Positions 18,343 through 26,634 of a DNA stretch of 48,823 bases are shown piece after piece. The notes under the pieces are model-generated. The model searched no databases. It was not told the origin of the DNA and was given only the letters and a program-made list of their open reading frames with translations. The stretch is from an uncultured Clostridia bacterium (lineage in GTDB: Bacteria; Bacillota; Clostridia; JAAYHZ01): NCBI GenBank assembly GCA_937894465.1, contig CALCRE010000060.1, positions 1 through 48,823 on the forward strand, given 5' to 3'. Both the position numbers and the translations under genes were made by a program. Within the stretch, counting starts at the first letter, position 1. Each line of letters starts with the position of its first letter.

Positions 18343-19431
18343 CTACATTTGCTTTTTTATATATTCCATGTATCGGTTCCAGTCATATCTTCCAAAATAG
18401 TGAGTACCGGTTCTCAAATGATAAGCAATATTACCTTCATGATAGGTATCCCAACCTTTAGGATATTGATCCCCATGGATAAAACCTTTAAAACCCAGGA
18501 GCTCATACACAGGGCTTGCTGCAACACAAGAAAGATATTCCGAATCAGGATCAGCCCATGTATCCAAAGTAGCACTTGCTACATACACCTTTCTTGGTGC
18601 GCTCAATGCCAACAAGAAATGTTGGTCAAAGGGTAGGTGATCCTCATTGCCAACGTATCGCACATAATTCTGGCAAAACCAATGAGGAAAGGACTTGGTG
18701 ATATGAACAATATGCTCACCGGTTTTCTCCCTTGTAATGGCAGCACCTGAGCAACCGGAATCGTTAGAAATGATATAGGCAAAGCGTTCATCCAATCCGC
18801 CGGCCAGCAGTGCGGTTTTCCCTAGTCTTGAATGACCGACAACGGCAATATTAGAAAGGTCAATGGATTCAAGAGTTTGAACATAGTCCATAACGCGGGA
18901 TGCTGCCCAAGCCCATAACATGATGGTACCGCAATCATCCGGATTTCTTTTTCCTTCCGGATACATAACAGCACCTAACCCTTCTGAAAGGCCGTCTTTT
19001 CTGTCCGGCACAATGTCATGATAACAAAATGAAAAGACAGCAAACCCGTTATCACATATTTCTTCCGTAGGCATATATTTGTCAGGGATACTGTCCCTAA
19101 AGCAAATATGTACAAAAGCAGGTACCTTTTTGTCCATATCATTCGGAATAGCAGAATAAAAAGGAAAAGAAAATTCATTATTTTTCAACTTCAGTTTTAA
19201 CAAGATCTTTGTCAAAGTGACATTCCCTGCGCAGAAGTTTTTTTCTTCGCTTAGTAGTTCATAGGACCAGTCAATCGGTTGAGAAGGTGGAAAACCATAT
19301 TCCTCCGAACAAAGAAGTTGAATGATTTCTTGTCTACGTTTAGCCCAATCCTCTCTGCAAACAACCTTCTTTCCATGATCAAGCATAAGAACATCCGGTA
19401 CACCTCTTCTTATTAATTCCCCGTTTAGCAT
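18343..19431 (-). CDS. alpha/beta-hydrolase, glucuronoyl esterase (CE15)-like
   Basis: 362 aa with GHSRLGKTAL resembling the CE15 nucleophile motif GCSRxGKxAL. Cytoplasmic. RBS AAAGGAGGT. Confidence 0.5.
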   Translation of the reverse strand: MLNGELIRRGVPDVLMLDHGKKVVCREDWAKRRQEIIQLLCSEEYGFPPSQPIDWSYELLSEEKNFCAGNVTLTKILLKLKLKNNEFSFPFYSAIPNDMDKKVPAFVHICFRDSIPDKYMPTEEICDNGFAVFSFCYHDIVPDRKDGLSEGLGAVMYPEGKRNPDDCGTIMLWAWAASRVMDYVQTLESIDLSNIAVVGHSRLGKTALLAGGLDERFAYIISNDSGCSGAAITREKTGEHIVHITKSFPHWFCQNYVRYVGNEDHLPFDQHFLLALSAPRKVYVASATLDTWADPDSEYLSCVAASPVYELLGFKGFIHGDQYPKGWDTYHEGNIAYHLRTGTHYFGRYDWNRYMEYIKKQM

Positions 19432-19461
19432 TTTTCAAGACCTCCTTTATTCCATTCTTAA

Positions 19462-20613
19462 TCATTCCGCCGCTTTAAAGTTATAGATCGGTTTAATCAG
19501 ATCTGTGACCTCGGCAGTATCCGTTATATTCTTGATAATTTCTTCTACCGGCTTATATGCCAAGGGGCATTCATCCAATGTGTCCTTATTGACACAAGTG
19601 GTATAAATCCCTTCCATGGTTTTCTTATATTGAGAAAGAGTCAACTCAGACTTTGCTTGGGTTCTACTCATCAGTCGACCTGCACCGTGAGGTGCCGAAT
19701 AGTTCCACTCCGGATTTCCCTTCCCAACACAAACCAAACTACCGTCACGCATATTGATAGGTATGAGAAATCTTTCTCCCTTTTGTGCTGAGACTGCACC
19801 TTTTCTCAAAATCATATTTTCGGTATCAATGTAGTTGTGGATGGTTGAAAAACTGTCCGCAACCTTTAATTTCATTCCTTTTACAATTTCATTCATCATG
19901 GCTTTTCTATTTAACAAAGCAAACCGTTGAATGATTTTCATATCGTGAAGGTAGTCATGGAATAAATCAGCGGATACATATGCCAATGATTTAGGAATTT
20001 GTTTGATTCTTTCATCTGTGGACTTCTTCAAAATTTCATACCCTTGCTTTTGGTAATGATTGGCCGTCTCAAGACCTAAATGTCTACTTCCACTGTGAAT
20101 GACCACATAGATGCGGTCATCACGGTCTTTATTGACCTCGATGAAATGATTTCCTCCACCTAATGTGCCTATACTCAGAATAGCCCTGGACAAATTTACA
20201 TTTGACTTACAATTTAATTGATTCAAATCAATTTCTTCATTATATGGATGTGCTTTATTCCTAACGGCAAAACCGGAAGGAATTTTAGAATGAATCAGCT
20301 TATCCAATTTTTCCAGTTCCAAATGCCGGCTCTCCACCCGGATCACTTCCATACCGCAACCGATGTCCACACCCACTAGATTAGGTACAATTTTGTCAGT
20401 AACCGTCATGGTTGTTCCTATGGTGCACCCTGCTCCGCTGTGCACATCTGGCATAATCCTGATCTTGTTGCCTTTGACGAATTCCTGATCACATAATGTT
20501 TGGATCTGAGAAACAGCACCTTCTTCCACAAAATCGGTATACACAACCGCTCGATTGTATTTGCCGACAACTTCAATCATATCTAATGAACCTTTCTTTT
20601 CTTTATTCTTCAC
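19462..20613 (-). CDS. rtcB: RtcB family RNA 3'-phosphate ligase (short form)
   Basis: MPDVHSGAGC, GVDIGCGM, GGGNHFIEV, HSGSRHLG and SAPHGAGR match RtcB catalytic motifs. 383 aa. Confidence 0.85.
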   Translation of the reverse strand: MKNKEKKGSLDMIEVVGKYNRAVVYTDFVEEGAVSQIQTLCDQEFVKGNKIRIMPDVHSGAGCTIGTTMTVTDKIVPNLVGVDIGCGMEVIRVESRHLELEKLDKLIHSKIPSGFAVRNKAHPYNEEIDLNQLNCKSNVNLSRAILSIGTLGGGNHFIEVNKDRDDRIYVVIHSGSRHLGLETANHYQKQGYEILKKSTDERIKQIPKSLAYVSADLFHDYLHDMKIIQRFALLNRKAMMNEIVKGMKLKVADSFSTIHNYIDTENMILRKGAVSAQKGERFLIPINMRDGSLVCVGKGNPEWNYSAPHGAGRLMSRTQAKSELTLSQYKKTMEGIYTTCVNKDTLDECPLAYKPVEEIIKNITDTAEVTDLIKPIYNFKAAE

Positions 20614-20617
20614 CTCT

Positions 20618-21715
20618 TTATTTTTTCAACAAGTCCACCAGGTATTCACATAACACCCTATTTCCAAATTGAGTAAGGTGAATATTGTCGTATCGCCATC
20701 GGTTAACCGGGATTCCCGAAAATACTTCATAAGTATCGACGACACAAGCATTTGTTTCTTCTGCAACCTTATTCACTTTATCATAAAAGCTTGTCGTAAT
20801 GGGGCTTTTACGATAAATCCATCTGTCATATTGAATGAATGCCGTGTTCTTTTCTGTCGGTGGAACCGGAATCAACACAAATTCGCAGTGCGGGTTTATC
20901 GATCGACCTTTTTGGATCACCGAACGCAAAGCTCTTTCAAATGTTTCAGGGTCGGATAATATGATATCGTTTCCTGCCAACGATATAAAAACCAAATCGG
21001 GTTTATATCGTAATATGCGCTCTTCACAGTTGTCATCCAACCACTTGCAGGTGGTTGAACCTTGTCCGGTCATATGGACATGAACCGTTTCAGATGAGAT
21101 ACCCACAAGGAATATTTCCGACAAAGATTGATCCTGTGTGTCCGGAATGATGTTTTCAAAGCTGATTTTGTTTTCTTGATTCGGCGGTCCCGCAAGTTCT
21201 ACGATAAAAGGTTCAAATCCTTGGTACAATTTGTTTTCTCCGGAGTTACTGACAGACAAAGAATGTTTACCGTTAACATGCAGATCAAAACGACATGATG
21301 TTTTCAAGGGATTTGAAAGCATATACAAGGCGATTTTTCCATGGGAATCGGCTTTGTACTTTACAATCAGCTTATCATCCGGGGACTTTGCCGTAAACCC
21401 TAAGACACGACCATACTGGGGAAAGACATATGCTTTTTTATAGCCGCAATAAATGGCGCCGTCTCCTTCAATTTCAGAATGCTTTGCCGCAATAATATCT
21501 CCATGCAAATATCCTTTAGTGTTTTGTATAAACAAATCCCGAAGCAGGAAAGACCAGGACTGCATTCCAGGATAACAGTCATATCCGTTGGTACGAGGTA
21601 CGGGATCAAAATCATATCGATTGTAGGATACACTGTCACCGGTAAAGAGAATTGTAGCAGGATCCTTGATGAATAACTGTCGGATTCTTTCTAGTGTTTG
21701 GATTTTTGTACTCAT
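20618..21715 (-). CDS. SGNH/GDSL hydrolase family esterase
   Basis: GDS motif (ILFTGDSVSY), later LAGND, and C-terminal DNIHLT (DxxH). It lies 4 nt upstream of rtcB. Confidence 0.65.
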   Translation of the reverse strand: MSTKIQTLERIRQLFIKDPATILFTGDSVSYNRYDFDPVPRTNGYDCYPGMQSWSFLLRDLFIQNTKGYLHGDIIAAKHSEIEGDGAIYCGYKKAYVFPQYGRVLGFTAKSPDDKLIVKYKADSHGKIALYMLSNPLKTSCRFDLHVNGKHSLSVSNSGENKLYQGFEPFIVELAGPPNQENKISFENIIPDTQDQSLSEIFLVGISSETVHVHMTGQGSTTCKWLDDNCEERILRYKPDLVFISLAGNDIILSDPETFERALRSVIQKGRSINPHCEFVLIPVPPTEKNTAFIQYDRWIYRKSPITTSFYDKVNKVAEETNACVVDTYEVFSGIPVNRWRYDNIHLTQFGNRVLCEYLVDLLKK

Positions 21716-21800
21716 TTACAAACCCCTAATCAGCCAAAATTTTTATTCGTTAACCTATTGCCTTACACTATATCCTTCTTCAAGATATCCGTCAATTACA

Positions 21801-21830
21801 AAGAGCCCCGTAGGGCTCTTGTTTTTTATT
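21801..21830 (+). terminator. strong plus-orientation intrinsic terminator with no annotated plus-strand gene upstream
   Basis: AAGAGCCC-cgta-GGGCTCTT then GTTTTTTATTATTTTTTT. Confidence 0.55.
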
Positions 21831-21836
21831 ATTTTT

Positions 21837-22832
21837 TTACCGTCCGTTTATAGTTTCTTCATTGTTTTCAAAGAAACCTTTCCTTAGACCTTTTTGATAT
21901 CGTTCAGGACCGGAGCATCCCTTCCATTGGTATGCAGATTCATATTCAAAACTGCAAATACCGAAACTAGAAGGTATTCTTTCATAAATCCGGCGGACAA
22001 TTTCCCTTGCCGGCAAAGTATCTCCGGGAAGCATATCCAGCTTCTGGAATGTGTCGGCATCCTTTTTACGATCTCTTAAATGACATCCGACAAAACACAA
22101 TTTTCTTTCATTATCAAAGCCGTAGCAAGGCGGACATACCATGCAATCGCCGGGGCCTTCGATCAATGTGACGGGAATGTCCGGGTTCTCCCGCATTTTC
22201 ATCCACATCTCATATAAATTATCTTCGGCTAAAGGCTCATATCCGTTTTTAAAGTCGTCTCTGGAAATATAGCATATGATACAAAGCATATGGTGAGCTC
22301 TGACCTTAAAGACTTGCGCTTCCTCGATTTCCTTACAAGATATTTCCTTCCAATAACTCATGACCTCTTTGTCATTGAGTAAATTGATCCCTTGGTTACC
22401 ATTGGCGTAATAGTTTTGATCGGCTAACGGGCAAGCAGGCCATTTGCTGCCTTCCATTCCGTTGTATCCGCATATTTCCTTAACATCCTTGATTCTCAAA
22501 GCAATCAACTCGTAAAGGTCTCGAGCAATTCTTACATCACCGGGCAATAGCCCCAGCTTTTGAAGCACATCCAAATCCCTCTTTCGCTCTTGAGTGGTTT
22601 GCTTGAAAAACATAAGCGATCTGGCTCCCATTTCATCAAAGGAAGTTTCCAGCTTAATATGTATTTGGGGATTATTTTTGATTAACTCAAGCTTTTCATC
22701 CAGTTTCTCTTCTTCCATAAAAGGAAGACATCCTCCACCGTTCATACATTTCAGGCATAACAATCTCCCCGGTCTGATGGCAACACAGTTTGTATCCCGG
22801 TCGCTCAACTCAATATTACATTGATTACACAT
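21837..22832 (-). CDS. Cys-rich protein made of two tandem homologous modules (DUF1284-like?), putative metal/Fe-S binding
   Basis: ORF track gives 21837-22901. A better start is the ATG at 22830-22832 (MCNQCNIE...), preceded by CAGGAGGT. Internal repeat: RKRDLDVLQKLGLLPGDVRIARDLYELIALRI versus RKKDADTFQKLDMLPGDTLPAREIVRRIYERI, each preceded by a CxxC...C...C cluster. Confidence 0.65.
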   Translation of the reverse strand: MCNQCNIELSDRDTNCVAIRPGRLLCLKCMNGGGCLPFMEEEKLDEKLELIKNNPQIHIKLETSFDEMGARSLMFFKQTTQERKRDLDVLQKLGLLPGDVRIARDLYELIALRIKDVKEICGYNGMEGSKWPACPLADQNYYANGNQGINLLNDKEVMSYWKEISCKEIEEAQVFKVRAHHMLCIICYISRDDFKNGYEPLAEDNLYEMWMKMRENPDIPVTLIEGPGDCMVCPPCYGFDNERKLCFVGCHLRDRKKDADTFQKLDMLPGDTLPAREIVRRIYERIPSSFGICSFEYESAYQWKGCSGPERYQKGLRKGFFENNEETINGR

Positions 22833-22996
22833 CACGTTACCTCCTGTTTCGTAGGATAACCTTTTTCGTTGCGGTTTGATATCTTTTACATTTTCAACCA
22901 TACTATCATATTAAACATGATTTGTTGAATATGCAATCATCTTTCAAGACAATCTTTCCTTTATGGTGTCTGCTATTTGTAATAAAATGAAATCGG

Positions 22997-23011
22997 TTGA
23001 GAACCGTCCCC
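22997..23011 (+). repeat. copy 5 of the TTGAGAACCGTCCCC motif
   Basis: Exact 15-mer, 6 nt downstream of the oxidoreductase stop on the minus strand. It overlaps a small CGGTT-gag-AACCG hairpin. Confidence 0.8.
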
Positions 23012-23016
23012 AATAA

Positions 23017-24111
23017 TCACCAAACCACTGATGGGTCTCCGTGGAGATTAGGCAGTCTGTTGGGTATTACCAATGCTCCCCCTTCTTCATATGAAGTGAT
23101 TGCAGCAAAAGTATACTCCAAAGATGCCAATGCATCCCGTCCGGAAGCGCGTATAAATTCTTTGGGTACCTTGTTTGTGATATCTTCTAAAAATGCATGT
23201 AGTCTTGTTGGAAATGTGGAATTGAAATCAGTGATACCAGTATTCATTATCACAGGATCGGGAGCTTTTTCTCCTTTTTTGGGAGATTCCCAAAATGTAA
23301 GCTTTTCCACACAGTTTTCTATACAGAATGTGCCTTTTGTTCCGGCTTGTTCATAACTCCACCAGCCGCCCAAACCGAACATGGCGTCTCCCCTTTGTGA
23401 TAACAGATATCCCACACTGCCGTTTTCAAAACGAACGTGAATGCTGTTAATGGAAAGCATCAAATCATCTTTACTTTTTCTTACTCCCGGCTTATTTAAA
23501 AATGCTTGAACATGGGTGATGTCCCCGCAAAAATATCGCATAACACTAAAAGGATGCGCCAGGAAAGCCTTTACATGGGAATAAGGTCTTTGCCATCTTG
23601 GGCTGGCTATTCCGCCATAAGTGTCTTCTCCGCCGTTAAACCCGACTTTGTGAAGACAATACACCGGTTCGCCCACTTTGCCTTCATTCATATATTGCTT
23701 TGCCTTGTCTGCAGGTTGGGTGAAAAAATGATTCAGATTGCATCCGAGATAAACATCTTTCTTTGCAGCATATTTCACCATTTCTCTAGCTTCTAGAATA
23801 TCATTGGATATTGGTTTTTCGACCAAGACATTCTTGCCTGCATCCAACGCTTGCATCACCGGTTCGTAATGCCAGCTTCCGTTTTCATATCCGCTGGTGG
23901 TCACATCAATGATATCCAACTCCGGCATTGCCGCCAACATGTCCTTTAAACTATAAAAAGCTTTTACACCGAATTTCAAAGCAGCTTTGTCCGCCTTTTC
24001 CTTAACGATGTCACAAACAGCTACAAGCTCAGCCAAGGGGTCCTTTTGATAACATGTAGCATGAGTATTTCCTATACCCCCCATACCGACAATTCCTATT
24101 TTTAAAGCCAT
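23017..24111 (-). CDS. Gfo/Idh/MocA family NAD(P)-dependent oxidoreductase
   Basis: N-terminal Rossmann motif KIGIVGMGGIGNTHA and the EKP motif. 364 aa. Confidence 0.85.
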   Translation of the reverse strand: MALKIGIVGMGGIGNTHATCYQKDPLAELVAVCDIVKEKADKAALKFGVKAFYSLKDMLAAMPELDIIDVTTSGYENGSWHYEPVMQALDAGKNVLVEKPISNDILEAREMVKYAAKKDVYLGCNLNHFFTQPADKAKQYMNEGKVGEPVYCLHKVGFNGGEDTYGGIASPRWQRPYSHVKAFLAHPFSVMRYFCGDITHVQAFLNKPGVRKSKDDLMLSINSIHVRFENGSVGYLLSQRGDAMFGLGGWWSYEQAGTKGTFCIENCVEKLTFWESPKKGEKAPDPVIMNTGITDFNSTFPTRLHAFLEDITNKVPKEFIRASGRDALASLEYTFAAITSYEEGGALVIPNRLPNLHGDPSVVW

Positions 24112-24493
24112 TTTTCATCCCTCCGTAGTTCATTTTTCTTGGCACAACTTAATTATATCATTTAATAAGGATCACAACTTGTACTCCGGACCCTTTATTA
24201 TAATAAATCCGATTTATTTTTTATCGATGATAATTTTTTTGTTGTAGTTCATGGTGACATGAATATCCACTGCTGATATTTGTTTAAGCTCTCAACCCTA
24301 TGAGACATTTGTGCATTCCTTCCGGTTGATTTTTCAAACAATGCCCTGTTCTCACCTTTCTAGGATATGACATATCGCATATAAGCGGTTTCTAAAATAA
24401 TTTCTTTTCCATCTTTATGAAAACATTCAGCACAAAATCAAATTTGATTCATAGTATATGTTGGAAACCCATATTGAAAAACGGAGAAAAACA

Positions 24494-24862
24494 ATGCGAT
24501 ACATATTTAAGGACGGGAAATACAGGCAGGTATTACCGGAGGATCCCTACGAAGTAAAAGGTCATAATCATGAGGTTTTAGGAACGGTTCAAGTTGCAAA
24601 TGTAAAAGGTTGCCCTCACACCCATCGTTTTGCAACGGTATCCGGGGAAGCAGTAAGAGAAGGTACCGACCACAGGCATGAAGTAAGGTACATAACGGAC
24701 ACTTATGAGGGTCATCATCATGAATTCTGCGGTATGACGGAGACGTCTGTAAAAACATGTGACAGACATGTTCATTTTCTAAAAGGAACCACCTCGGAAA
24801 ACGCAGGCCACAAACACGGGTTCCAAGCGACCACTTTAATAGAGGATCCTATAGGCAAATAG
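24494..24862 (+). CDS. ymaF: YmaF family protein (repeated HxH motifs)
   Basis: GHNHEV, HTHRF, DHRHEV, GHHHEF, DRHVHF and GHKHGF repeats. Start at M13 of the ORF, with GGAG 9 nt upstream. Confidence 0.7.
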   Translation: MRYIFKDGKYRQVLPEDPYEVKGHNHEVLGTVQVANVKGCPHTHRFATVSGEAVREGTDHRHEVRYITDTYEGHHHEFCGMTETSVKTCDRHVHFLKGTTSENAGHKHGFQATTLIEDPIGK

Positions 24863-24865
24863 CTT

Positions 24866-24890
24866 CCGGGCGGTCTTACCGCCTTTTTTT
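24866..24890 (+). terminator. intrinsic terminator
   Basis: GGGCGGT-ctt-ACCGCC followed by TTTTTTT. Confidence 0.75.
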
Positions 24891-24893
24891 ATG

Positions 24894-26441
24894 CTATAAC
24901 AAAGGTATCAAAAGCTTTAATACAAATTGTATGATTTTTGAATGCACAGGCCTGTTTTTCCATTGTTCCAGAGTGATTTCTTCGCTGATAGGGAATAAGG
25001 ATTCAATATCATGTCGAATCTCTTGTAACACCGGTGCACCACAAATCCATACACCGTTTTCAAAGTGAAGAAAAAAACTCCTGTAATCCATATTGATACT
25101 GCCGGTAACTGCATGATTGTCATCACTGATAATGGTTTTTGCATGAATATATCCCGGTGTGTATTCATAAATTCTGACTCCGTTCTTAAGAAGACGCCCG
25201 TAGTTGGAACGGGTGACCATGTGAACATACCAATGATCCCAGATTTTCGGTGTGATGATTCGAACATCCACACCGCTTTTTGCTGCAAGGCACAATGCGT
25301 CGGTCATGTTATCCTCCACAACCAGGTATGGTGTGGTTATGTACACATACTCACGGGCGGAATAGATGATCTGACGATAAGTGGCTTCTGCCGGGTTATG
25401 GGGATGATTGACCGGACCGTCATTAAAAGGTTGATAAAAGCCTTCAGTTTCATCTTGCACATATGTACCTGTCACCGAATACTTTTCATAATCCTCCGAG
25501 GAGTTGCTCTCGGTTTCCCACATTTGCAAAAAGGTAACGGTCAGACTGTAAACCGCTTCTCCTTCCAAACGAATGGCGGTATCTTTCCAATGTCCGTGTT
25601 TTTCATATATATTAGCATATTCATCGGCCAGATTGGTTCCCCCGGTATAACCCACATTGCCATCGATGACGGCAACCTTTTGATGATTTCTATAATTGAT
25701 AAACAGCCTTGATAATTTACAGTGAACCGGGTTAAAACGATAGACTTGAATATGATCATCCTTTAATGTTTTGTGCAACTGATCCGGAGCAGTCATTATG
25801 CTTCCGAAATCATCATACATAAGCCGTACTTCAACTCCTTGAGCGGCTTTTTCTCTTAGAATTTCATAGATCTCATCCCATAAAAAACCTTTGGATAAAA
25901 TGTAGTATTCAAGGAAAATGAATTTTCGTGCCCTTTTCAGGTCTTCGATCATAGCTTTAAAGTGGTTTTCACCCAACGGATAATAGGTGCACTTGGTGTT
26001 TTTGTACAGGGGAAACCCTTCATTTTCAAGATATACCGATACTTTATTGCAATCAGGATATTGCTCTTGCAATGCCAAGCGAAGCTTAGGATCATGTTTG
26101 AATTTTCTTAAGCTTTCAACCAATATTTTACGAATGTGTTTGCTTTTTTTGGTGTTTGTTGCACTTCTCCCCCACATCAAATAAACTAGACCGCCGAATA
26201 CAGGCATGATCAAGATGATAATACTCCATGCGACGGTATATGCAGAAGTTTTATTCCGATCTATAATATAGAAAACAATCAGTAATCCGAAAACCTCCAA
26301 AAAGGCATATGCAAAAAAAGCATAGTGACGCAACAAGAGGGCGATATATGCAAACAATATCAGTTGTGTAACAATAGCTACAGTCACGATCATGAGACGA
26401 AAAGTGCCGTCACAATTTTTTCTTGATTTCATTTGAATCAA
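24894..26441 (-). CDS. cls: cardiolipin synthase (PLD superfamily, two HKD motifs)
   Basis: Two N-terminal TM helices and two HKD motifs (HQKVAVIDG, HAKTIISDD). The start is probably the TTG at 26439-26441 or the ATG 9 nt downstream. Confidence 0.85.
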   Translation of the reverse strand: MIQMKSRKNCDGTFRLMIVTVAIVTQLILFAYIALLLRHYAFFAYAFLEVFGLLIVFYIIDRNKTSAYTVAWSIIILIMPVFGGLVYLMWGRSATNTKKSKHIRKILVESLRKFKHDPKLRLALQEQYPDCNKVSVYLENEGFPLYKNTKCTYYPLGENHFKAMIEDLKRARKFIFLEYYILSKGFLWDEIYEILREKAAQGVEVRLMYDDFGSIMTAPDQLHKTLKDDHIQVYRFNPVHCKLSRLFINYRNHQKVAVIDGNVGYTGGTNLADEYANIYEKHGHWKDTAIRLEGEAVYSLTVTFLQMWETESNSSEDYEKYSVTGTYVQDETEGFYQPFNDGPVNHPHNPAEATYRQIIYSAREYVYITTPYLVVEDNMTDALCLAAKSGVDVRIITPKIWDHWYVHMVTRSNYGRLLKNGVRIYEYTPGYIHAKTIISDDNHAVTGSINMDYRSFFLHFENGVWICGAPVLQEIRHDIESLFPISEEITLEQWKNRPVHSKIIQFVLKLLIPLL

Positions 26442-26634
26442 TGTTTCCTCTATCTATTACTCTTTTTGTTCTTTTTATTATTTTTCTTTCTAATAATATA
26501 GTATCATATGCAGTTAAGATCATAATTATTGTATAATAGTAATGGTATCATAAACCGTGAAAAGATCAATGAAAATTTAGGTAAATAACAATGAAAACAG
26601 TGGAATATTGATGAAATGTTAGAAAGGATCCAAT

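Noticed and set aside
21666-21887. 73-aa plus-strand ORF spanning the plus-oriented terminator
   Set aside because: It is hydrophobic and low-complexity and it spans the terminator hairpin. There is no RBS. A non-coding reading is preferred.
23519-23526. Additional GTCCCC hits (23519-23526; 45808-45820) as possible extra repeat copies
   Set aside because: They lack the TTGAGAA half and lie inside coding sequence. They are coincidental partial matches.
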